A stretch of DNA of 52,030 nucleotides, counting the filler, from Sphacelaria rigidula (taxonomy: Eukaryota): NCBI GenBank assembly GCA_964200075.2. It is 3 parts of 3 records of this genome, joined end to end, with 100 filler letters (N's around TTAATTAATTAA, not from the genome) between each part and the next. Parts side by side here need not be neighbours in the genome. Positions count along the whole stretch, not along the records: positions 1 to 17,279 come from CAXNAA020001120.1; positions 17,380 to 34,655 come from CAXNAA020001121.1; 1 more part is not named here. One strand, 5' to 3'. Below the pieces are notes generated by a model. The model was not told where the DNA came from. It worked only from the letters and a program-made list of their open reading frames with translations, and searched no databases. This document shows, piece by piece, positions 12,501 through 21,110 of the stretch (positions are counted from its first letter, which is position 1; every line of letters begins with the position of its first letter). Position numbers and translations under genes: made by a program.

Positions 12501-15500
12501 GAGAGGGTGGGAATGGCGTGGGGAGTATGGACACATAAATTGAGCGTAGTGACAGGAAACAAACCGTTATATGAAAACTACGGAAAATATCAGGTGAGAA
12601 TTGCGTAATGCTCACGGGTCAACAAGTTTGAAGTTCTCGGTGACTGAACATCCGAAGACGCGCCTGCTTGAAAAATGAAACAGGGCTCTTGGCGTTACAC
12701 GTTGCACGTTACACCTTACGAAACAAATGTGACGTCTTAAAAGTTACGCGTCACGTCACGTCACGTTACAGTTGTGACGTCTCGGAAAACATACGTCACG
12801 TCACGTCACGTCACGTCACACCGTTGTAACGTGAATTATGTGACGTGAAACGAACGTGTGACGTATACCGAAAAGAGCCCTGGAAAAAACGACGCATATG
12901 AGAACAGTTGCACACAACCAAAGCTGTTGGGGACGCCGCAGCACAAACAGCACTTTGAACAAACTGCTGCGCCACCATCCTCTGGCCACAGAACACGAAG
13001 GAGTGGGGACGCGTATACCGTACACGCATAACCGTAGACTTCCACACACAAACCGCGCTTGCGCGCGCATGAGTCACTGCGCCAATACTGAACACCCCCA
13101 GAACATCATTCGCGATGATAACTAGGGTGCCAAACGTTTCACCCGCGGACACTTTCTACGATAGCCCCCCCCCCCCAAAAAAAGCATGGTTTGGGGCGGC
13201 CAAATCTTCACGTAAATCGCAACGACAAAAGCCGAGCACAACGAGCAGCTGGGAATTTCCACGCTTGGGTTCGTTCTCGCCAATGTCACCAACATGAGGC
13301 GCTTCATGCAGCCTGAATCCAAACATCAGGCGCTGTATTACCATTTGATTCGTGACACTTTTGGGCTGGTTTTGTGGGGGGGCTATCGTAGAAAGTGTTC
13401 GTGATCGACCATATTCCATCGTCACGACAAAGTCTTGCGAAAATATAGCCCTCTTGTTTATTGTTTATTTTCCCGTGCGGCATAACCATGCCCGCCGTTG
13501 GCCGCTTTCGTGAACACCGTGAATGCTACCAGCCACTACAGATAACTCGCCGACACTAAAAGACGATTCGACCAAAAGGCCTTGTTAAGTCGACCGAGAT
13601 CTTCGTGTTTTCAAAACGAAAAAGCGGCGAGCCCATTCTGCAGAATGTTACCAAAAAAAAAAAAGTGTGCCAAGAGCAAGCCAAACCCCAACTCTGGAGT
13701 TGGACGGACATTAGCACGGCCACCGTCATGCAACACTCGATTTTTGGCATGACAATCAAGGAGTACTGCTGACACACATACGAAAGAGATTTCGATCCGA
13801 AGACTGTCTGTCTGCCCTGTGTGAGTTTTCCGATGGCGGCTGTGGGAGGGAGTGATACCCGTGCGTGTACCGGCGAACGGCCAAGAAAAAAAATAATAAT
13901 AAATAAAAAAAAAAAAGAGATACAATAGACAAGAAAAGAAAGAAAAGAAAACATAAAAAATGAAAACAATGGAAAGAAGACAAGTTGACAAAACGACACA
14001 AAAGGAAACATATAAAAACAATAAAATTAAGCGAAGATAATAAAGGAACAAACGGAACCAAATAGGAATAAGATAAATCGCCGTGCGTGGCCCCGCGAAC
14101 GGTCGAGAGCAGGCAGGCATGGTTATCCAATCCAAGAAGTTCCGAAACGGGATATTTCGCGCTCGGATGTATTCGCTCCCCCAAAAACCATCCGAATCTT
14201 TGATTCGGATACGCGCTGTGCTGTTCACCTTGCGGAGGTGTTCGATGTTGGTTGAGGTAAAAAATTCCGCCTTCGAACGCCGAGACACTCTCCGCGAGCG
14301 CAGCAAATGCCTGTGAAGGGTTTCCACAACCAGCAGGGCGGTGGCCGCAGAGTTGCGCCACAGACTACCCCGGAAAATAAGACCCAGTGTCCCGCCGCCT
14401 CTCGCCCCAGATATCATCTGCGTCTGCAGCGCGGGATCCTCTGAAAAATGGTTCGTTCGTACGCGGGCAAGACGCGGGTGCGTGACGAACGAGATTTGCG
14501 GGTATGCTATTGGCTTGGTAGATAGAACCATACTCCGAGATGCAAGCAACTATTTCGAAAACACACACACACACACACTTTGCCTGGACAGTAAGTTAAC
14601 TCGACTCAACATGATTAATTTTACGGGACACAGTCGTTTACGCAGCGCCCCCGGATTCTGCGGAGCTTGACAATCCGATGCGTAGAAAGGAGGGTGTGGA
14701 TGAGAGCTGCAGAATAGGATACAGTGGAGGCGGGGGGCGGTCCGTGGAGTGGGGCTGGACCTGGTACATCGGTAGGAATCTGAATAAGAAAAACTCAATG
14801 TTTCCATCCATGTACGACTAGTGTAGTAGTGTAGAGCAAAACAAAGTTAGGTTCGGGGGGCTCTCTACGCTGCAATATGACGAGGAGCGATCATCACAGC
14901 AAGCAAAAAATCACACGCGGTAAGCTTTTGTATGTGCTTCTCGGGTCTACTTTGTCCGGACAAAAAACGAAGCCATACAGTAAACAAAAAGAAGAAACAA
15001 GCAAAAAAAAACGATAAAAAACGAAGTGCAACGCCAAGTACAGTAGTAAACGCACCAGCCTCCATGAACGAACACAAAAAAGCCACGCTCAGATGCCTCG
15101 TATCATCGTCATCATTAGCCCCACCCTCTCCATCTTGCCCCGCCCCGCTCCCCGTCTCGGCCGCCGCCACCCCACCCGTAGCTGTTGCTGCCGCAGTTGC
15201 CGTAGTCATCGTCCTGTCCTTCCGTTTCTTCTTACCCCTCTTGTTCTTCCCTCCACTACTTCCGCTTTTCTCGTGGTCGGCACCGGCGTCTGTGCCCTGC
15301 AGTTGGTCGAGGGACGGCGTCGCAGCGGAGGTGGCGCCGCCTCCCCTCCGCGACGACACCATCTTCACGAACGCCTTGTGGGCGAAGTTGAACACCCCGC
15401 CCAGCTCCTTGGCGGCAAGCCTTAAGTTTTATTTGTTTTTTTTCCATCGTTTGTGAGTGTCGGTGGTAAGTGTGGACGGCCGAGGGGGGGCAGATGAGAA

Positions 15501-16423
15501 CGGCAGAAGGTGGTGGTGGGAGAAAGGGGTGTGCCCATATTCTGTCTGCACTAGCCGTTGGACTATTCAGCACAGACGGGTAAGGTACAGCGCAAGCAAA
15601 GCTCCGAAAAACACGAGCATTTGTGCCGTCAACAGCGTATCCATCTCAGCATGAGTAGGGCGTGATTCACGGGCGGCAAATAACATGCGCTGATGAGCAT
15701 GAATTCGGAATGCAAGGAAGCAGCTTAGGCTGCTCCCCAACCGACCGGATCCCAAGCTGCGATGGCCTACGGGCAAAAAGGAGTGACTGCCGTCTCTATG
15801 TGTGATGGAACCATGTGCCGAAGCTCAACGGTTGCACGTCAAGCCTGGGAAGGATTCTGCTCTAGATCAAGACAACACACATCACGGTACTATTCCTAGT
15901 AGTGCTCCTTCTCTTGCGTCACAATTGAACGACAAAATAACCTGCGGTGATGGCAGCCTATCTATTCGGAAGAAGCTCTTCGGAGCATCCTCTACCTGCT
16001 GGCAAAAAAGAACGGCTGCACAGCCACGACGGCTGCACACAAATGGTAACGCACACGGGCGCGCGCGTCCGCACACAACGGCTAGTGGTGGTATTGACGT
16101 TACGAGCAGCTGTTCCATTGCGACGCCCACGACCCTGGGTAAGGGAAATCCATTCCTCCTCGAACATCGGCAACTTTGACGAATACATGAAATCGTAGGG
16201 CCGTTACCGGACCCCGTGTCGTCATGGATAACGTACTCCAACAAGAGGCACATGCCTATGAAATCGAGCCACGCTGATCAAAAGACGCAGCGTGGCCCCG
16301 GGCCCCGCCTCGGACGCACGACTGCCGCGGTTTCCGCTGCTGCTGCTTCCAGCACCTCCCCCTGGTTTCGTCGTCGGTGATAATTGCGAGTGCAGCTGCT
16401 CCATTTTCTCGCGGATTAATCTC
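311..16423 (-). CDS. URB1: URB1/Npa1-like nucleolar pre-ribosomal-associated protein, partial (15 exons in window; 5' exons and C-terminal part missing)
   Basis: Manually spliced exons 16256-16423, 15056-15420, 14229-14440, 11910-12164, 10850-11149, 9254-10473, 8080-8510, 6145-7747, 5575-5713, 4837-5076, 4062-4355, 2955-3688, 2139-2355, 933-1741, 311-554. All intron phases are compatible and give 7231 nt of open frame. Motifs recognised from memory as URB1/Npa1-like: LRLLISVARFHRLAAKELGGVFNF, SKAEFFTSTNIEHL, HEDLAQRTLVLSALQTCPVLVGPYL, LSKKELTKGVLSGNSLLQ, QRMPEVQTLL, EFSPL, GHSAF, LLAVYRASLSEEDR. No database search was run. Confidence 0.85.
933..1741 (-). CDS. URB1: URB1-like exon
   Basis: Matches the 295-aa ORF; tandem CAGCAG acceptor (start 1741 or 1738); donor GTGAGA. 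Confidence 0.8.
2139..2355 (-). CDS. URB1: URB1-like exon
   Basis: SMAACERSEKK...RDFFNVIGCCRPA; donor GTGACT chosen for phase compatibility. Confidence 0.65.
2955..3688 (-). CDS. URB1: URB1-like exon
   Basis: LVLLCPAHANRL...VAEDALKR; donor GTACGT; includes a (TCA)n poly-Ser tract near 3205-3230. Confidence 0.8.
4062..4355 (-). CDS. URB1: URB1-like exon
   Basis: VKSGSPGLGRLICLAL...ARILAQ; donor GTGAGC. Confidence 0.8.
4837..5076 (-). CDS. URB1: URB1-like exon
   Basis: PAKGKRS...LARDLLERLL...SSLAALLRLQ; AAG acceptor, GTGAGG donor. Confidence 0.75.
5131..5216 (-). mobile_element. C-tract-associated short repeat, in URB1 intron
   Basis: Minus strand: agggatgcggggtcaatggtcaagcgactaaggcaaacaacaaatgaatacgCCCC...catgagtacaCCCCC. 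Confidence 0.75.
5575..5713 (-). CDS. URB1: URB1-like exon
   Basis: CTAEATVSG...LSRVLAALIKRLTAE; donor GTAACG. Confidence 0.7.
6145..7747 (-). CDS. URB1: URB1-like exon
   Basis: Matches the 564-aa ORF; TAG acceptor, GTGAGG donor; phase 1 to phase 2. Confidence 0.8.
8080..8510 (-). CDS. URB1: URB1-like exon
   Basis: Splicing restores EFSPLAVAAVAVL; donor GTATGG. Confidence 0.8.
9254..10473 (-). CDS. URB1: URB1-like exon
   Basis: Matches the 404-aa ORF; CAG acceptor, GTGAGT donor. Confidence 0.85.
10850..11149 (-). CDS. URB1: URB1-like exon
   Basis: SALQTCPVLVGPYLRSFPSVVLEARPS...ELTKGVLSGNSLLQ; donor GTGGGT. Confidence 0.85.
11426..11685. mobile_element. MITE family A, copy 1
   Basis: TIR CACGTCGGAC(T/A)GCTCA(C/T)GAGCTA at both ends; flanks TA...TG; homologous to 33880-34125. 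Confidence 0.85.
11910..12164 (-). CDS. URB1: URB1-like exon
   Basis: C-rich tract + CAG; VFDDAPQRLYEAL...HEDLAQRTLVL; donor GTGAGT. Confidence 0.85.
12681..12882. mobile_element. MITE with CAGGGCTCTT TIRs and internal (CACGT)n / CGTTACA repeats
   Basis: CAGGGCTCTT...AAGAGCCCTG, flanked by GAAA on both sides. Confidence 0.75.
13147..13400. mobile_element. MITE family B, copy 1
   Basis: TIR ACACTTTCTACGATAGCCCCCC / GGGGGGCTATCGTAGAAAGTGT; no clear TSD; diverged inverted copy at about 37495-37735. Confidence 0.8.
14229..14440 (-). CDS. URB1: URB1-like exon
   Basis: ttttcag acceptor; DPALQTQMIS...SKAEFFTSTNIEHLRK; donor GTGAAC. Confidence 0.85.
15056..15420 (-). CDS. URB1: URB1-like exon
   Basis: LAAKELGGVFNFAHKAFVKMV...TRHLSVAFLCSFMEA; donor GTGCGT. 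Confidence 0.85.
16256..16423 (-). CDS. URB1: URB1-like exon (first in window)
   Basis: Pyrimidine tract + TAG acceptor; RLIREKMEQLHSQLS...TLRLLISVARFHR; ends at AG|GCATGT. Confidence 0.75.
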   Translation of the reverse strand, partial: EINPRENGAAALAIITDDETRGRCWKQQQRKPRQSCVRGGARGHAASFDQRGSIS

Positions 16424-16711
16424 CTACCGTCACAACGTGGCGAAAGGGAAGGGAGAGGGAGGGACGCGCACAATCACGGGTTTTCAACCAAGAAACCAAC
16501 ATTGTTGCTGAGATCGCAAAGGAAGTACAATAAACCCCTTTTCAACCGCCCCGACTTCCTCGTAAAGTAGCGCGCGTATTTGGGTTAACCTTCGCCCGTA
16601 CCCCGCTCAATTTCGTTCCCATGGCTGCGGCGTCGACCAGCTATTTCATTGACGCGCATGTCGAGCTATATGTTGGCCCTCTGTATACGCTCCAACGCGC
16701 TGCAAATAATG

Positions 16712-16968
16712 CACGGTTCGGACAAATCATCGCCGGTTCGAATCACCAAATCCACGATTTTTCAGGCCTGACTCATCGAAAGAGAGAAAAAAGTCGACCG
16801 ATGGTCAAATAAGTCTCCACGCAACTTTTGCACCATCGCGCGGGCCTGGGCTGCGCGTACCTGGGTTGCAACGCTGGAACGAAGCCCAAGGATTGATTCG
16901 TACCGGAGGAATCAGTCACACTAAAATCAGGAAATGTCCAGACGAATCATGTATTTGTCCGAACCGTG
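16712..16968. mobile_element. MITE with perfect 16-bp TIRs and 8-bp TSD
   Basis: CACGGTTCGGACAAAT...ATTTGTCCGAACCGTG, flanked by AAATAATG on both sides. Confidence 0.9.
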
Positions 16969-17279
16969 AAATAATGCTCCGAATTGGAAGTAAATAAACA
17001 TCGCAATTCACAAGAGGATTGGGGCAACCGGCCTGCACGTAACATGAGTCGTTCTCACAAAGCGTCCCCCACGTCGGCTTTTTTTTTTTCCGGGATGAAG
17101 TGATGGTGCACAACTGTACAGGTGAGAAAAGACAACGGTTTTCTGTATTTTTGTTTGGGCAGGTTGACTCGTCGGCGCGGGCGGTAGCAAGAGATTAACC
17201 TCGTACACAAACCAGTTCGACAAGGCGCTATTCCAACTAGGTCTTCGAGAATCCACTCCCCCCCCCCATCCCCTACCAG

Positions 17280-17379
17280 NNNNNNNNNNNNNNNNNNNNN
17301 NNNNNNNNNNNNNNNNNNNNNNNTTAATTAATTAANNNNNNNNNNNNNNNNNNNNNNNNNNNNNNNNNNNNNNNNNNNN
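17280..17379. other. Assembly gap spacer (N-TTAATTAATTAA-N, 100 nt)
   Basis: N-runs around a six-frame stop linker. Confidence 0.97.
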
Positions 17380-17884
17380 CATTTGTTGCTTGCCTTAGTC
17401 GTTTGACCATTGACCACGCATCCCTTTCGGGAGGGAGGGGGGGGGAGGGTTCGAGAAGATCCGGGCCAAAAGTATAACTGGACGCACGAAGGATCCAATC
17501 CTTTTGGAAAGCAAAACAAACCTTTGCGGGGAGGCACGACCCGCCAAGCCCCGTATTCCGGCAAAACTCGAGCGCTGAATCTCCTTGAGGGGCGTATCTT
17601 GGATATATTTATTTCCGTGCCACAAGAAACGGTCTTGATCAATCAACTTGAAATGCTTCCACGCGTTGAACACCCGGCCGCCCCGTTTGGTTCGCGAGTA
17701 GCGCTAGAAGGTCAGCGTTCTCTGGGGAGGGTTCGGAATGGTAAATTCTGGCAGGAAGACGACGCTTACAGGAAGAAGGCCGTTCCCACGCGCCATGGAA
17801 CATTCGTGGATGAACCACTATTACCAGCGCTTTGCAGTCTCCAGGCAGCAATAGAATCATCACGCCAGTACGTAGTAGCAGATG

Positions 17885-18370
17885 TTTGTGGTAAAATCCC
17901 GGATCAGATACCCACGGTGTTCAAACGGTCAAGGTGCACGAATATCTGACAAGAGTGTGCGGCGGCGCGCTCTACTTTTACCGTTACACAGATCCTGCTT
18001 TTTGTGGTACTTTTTTAGCCCGTGTTCATACTATTTTTTGCTGGACACTTTGTTGTTCTAGTGTTGGCATCAGCCTGTACGCTATAGAGAGACATTTAGG
18101 CGGAAACAAGTAGACATTCCCAAGTTTTGTGGAAAAGTCTCGGATCAGATTCCCACGGTGTTCAAACGGTCAAGTTGCACGAATATCTGACCAGAGTGTG
18201 TGGGGCACTCTACTTTTACCGTTGCACAGATCCTGCTTTTTGTGGCATATTTTTAGCCCGTGTTCATGCTATTTTTCGCTGGACACTTGACTGTCTCTAG
18301 TATTGGTATCAGCCTGTACACCGTCTTGTATAAAGAGGTATTTGGGCGGAAACAAATAGGTACTTCCAAG
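17885..18370. repeat. Tandem duplication, period about 241 bp
   Basis: ggatcagat(a/t)cccacggtgttcaaacggtcaag at 17901 and 18142. Confidence 0.92.
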
Positions 18371-19884
18371 GCACGTCTGGGTCATATCTTTGATGGGGTG
18401 ACGACTTACTGTGGCGTCGGGATCTGCGTCGAATGGACGCTCTCGTCAAGGGATGTCCGAGGCGGAGATATGCATCGGCAGCGCCGTATTTCTTTGTCCC
18501 CAACACACTTGAATACATTTCGTACCGAAACAAGCTTGACCATCACAGTCTCCTGGAGATTGAAAACGATATTACTAAGTAGTACGAGCTTTGGCGAAAG
18601 GTCTCCGGCTACTGGATCCCAGCCAGCAGGGATTCATAGAGTTCCTCGAGTAGATAATGATTACTAGGGGATTTGTGTAGACGCTGGAATTCGGATACCG
18701 GGGGTACCAACACTCGCAAGCAGCCACCAGCGTGCACAGTAGTTGCTTTTGCTCACATGTGACGCCGATCAGAGCGCACTTCCACCGCACCCTTTTCCGA
18801 CAGTTGGGAATCGAGTGAGGGCTTCGGTTTGGCTTACATTTGTACATAATATAACCCATGGATTATATGACGACTATCTCGCCTGACAATATCCCCCTAC
18901 TGAATACCTGACTCGTCCTGTGAATGGTTACCCCCAAACGGTCTTCGAAAACAAGGACAGTTGAAGCTAAGGTCTTGCTCGATGAACTTCATTTCATCTT
19001 GCTTCTCTGTCCGCGTTTTTTCTGCCGTAGAAGTGACTGATATCAAGCGCTTGACACGAATGCCGGGTGGTGGAATCGTGACCTAGCTTTTTTTGGAAAC
19101 ATAGATCACATCGGCCGTGCAATGCGTAACCATGAAAGGTTGTATATCCCACCGCTTCAACACGTCGGGAAAGACCCAGAACCGTTTCGGCGCGCGCGGC
19201 CTGCTGCAGTACCTGATAGTCCAGTGTAATACGGCGAGGTACTGTAGACGGGGAACACCAAAGTAGGACATCGGGTGCTAACATGACTGCGTACTCTTCT
19301 TACTAATAGAGTGCCAGCAGCGTAATGTATTCAAGCAGCTATGTTGAGGTTTTGCTGCAGTCTACCTTGTGTTTGAGCAACGCTTCGGCAAAAACGATGG
19401 CTGGACCCCTGTATGTCATTGTATCCCGCTAGCGTTGCTTGACGCTTACGGAACAGCCACTGGTACTGTGTAAACCTTTCCAGGAGAGGGCACAAACCAT
19501 ATGCGTAGCGATGAACTAGCGGGCCCGAACCTCCTTGCTTGCATGAAGATGTTTCACTATGTCCTTCGCGTAAACAACGATTCTGGACCCCTGGTGGGCG
19601 AAAAAAACTGCCAGACAATACGCCGCTCTAAACCCTCCCATCCCACAGCCTGGTCCGGCATAAACTCAGCGCCCCGTCCCGGCTTTGTAGGGACGGATTC
19701 CCGATGGGGTTGGCGTCGGTTGACAATGGCGCTGTGAAGCAGACCATTCACTGCGTAAGCTAGGCAACCAAGCTACTGCTTTTTTTTACGCTCTTACGGC
19801 CTTTTTTTTTGCGGTAACCATGATCGTATTCAAGCTAGATCATATCGTCCGGGGTGAGACGACCTCAGTTCCGCGCCGGAAGGG

Positions 19885-20078
19885 TGTGATGCGTGAGAGG
19901 ACCGTGTGAACCGCATCATAGTCCAAAACACCTCAGTATCGACTTTTTTTCGAAACCAAACGGGGCCAGTCCGTGCAGGGTTCACACCCCTGACCCCAAC
20001 ACCAACCCTAACCCTAAACATGGGGGTGTTTCAATTCTGATGCGGTCCCCTAAGCACGCGGTCTTCTCATGCATTACA
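19885..20078. mobile_element. TGT...ACA MITE (family C) with internal CCCTAA-like repeats, copy 1
   Basis: TIR TGT(G/A)ATGC(G/A)TGAGA(G/A)GACCG; absent from the adjacent paralogous duplication unit; homologous to 47593-47801. Confidence 0.85.
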
Positions 20079-20805
20079 GGGGGATGGTGATACTACGTGG
20101 TGTCCAAATGGTGAGACACTCATGAGGTAGTGTGTAATCCGTGGCTGTCTCTGAAAGTGGCGATACCAGAAAATGAAGCAACTCATCGAAGGCTGTCATC
20201 CAAATGCAAGATAACCAGTATGCGTCAGGTCGACCAATCTTGGCAGGACGTGGCTCACCCTTCATGCGACTCGCCAAATATATCACGGCGCTTTACGCTT
20301 GGCGATTGATTGCGAGCCTGGTCCGGCGAAAACCCGGCGTGCTCCGTCCCGACTTTGTAGGGATGCGTGATCAATGGCCATGTGACTTTGGCATGCAAGA
20401 TCGCGATTATCTCCCGCCCTACATACGCCCGATGTGATTGGCATCAGTTGGCGATGACGCTGTATAACACGCCACTCACGACGTAAGCTAGGCAACCAGG
20501 TTACCTCTTTTTTGTTGCGCGCTTGCATTTTTGCGGCCACCATGATGCTAGTCCAGCTAGATCATGTTGTGCGGCGTGGGAAAACCTCAACTTCGCACAA
20601 TGAGGATGGTCTTACCACGTGGTGTTGAAATGGTGAGACGCCCATGAGGCGGTTTATTAGCCGCGCTCATCTCTGGAAGTGGCGATGCCAGAAAATGAAG
20701 CAACTCATTGGAGGCTGTCATTTACATGCAGGATGATCAGTAGGCTTTGGGCCGAACAATCTTAGCAGGATGCAGCTCACCCTCCATGCAACTCGCCGAA
20801 CACGC

Positions 20806-20940
20806 CACGGCGCTTCGCTTTAGGTGGTTGATTGCGAGCCTGGTCCGGCGCAAACCCGGCGTGCTCGGCCCGTGTTTTGTAGGGATGTGGGGTCAATAGT
20901 CTTATGACTATAGCATGCATGATCATGAGTACACCCCCCC
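20806..20940 (+). mobile_element. C-tract-associated short repeat
   Basis: gagcctggtccggcg...tttgtagggatg...catgagtacaCCCCCCC; paralogous copies at 20285-20420 and 19647-19694. Confidence 0.8.
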
Positions 20941-21110
20941 ACACACACGCACATACATTGAACACGATCTTTTTACTGAGGAGTGTTGAACAAGCCAGCT
21001 TGCACTGATATAATTCCCCGAGCCAGCGCCCCTGACGCCCCTTTCAACATGTTAATCCCGACGCGCCCGTTTCGTGTTGGAACTTTCGATGGAACGTCTC
21101 ACTTTTCCAG

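Larger units (their letters stand above)
19701..20940. repeat. Tandem duplication of a unit of about 520 bp (19701-20428 including a MITE insert; 20429-20940)
   Basis: cgtaagctaggcaacca and ccagaaaatgaagcaactcat each occur twice, colinearly. Confidence 0.9.

Noticed and set aside
13611..14228. Hydrophobic Phe-rich ORFs resembling membrane proteins
   Set aside because: Translation of an A/T-rich intronic block; only 14229-14440 is a supported exon
17324..17335. Palindromic TTAATTAATTAA within N-runs (also at 34700-34711)
   Set aside because: Artificial six-frame-stop scaffold linker, not biological
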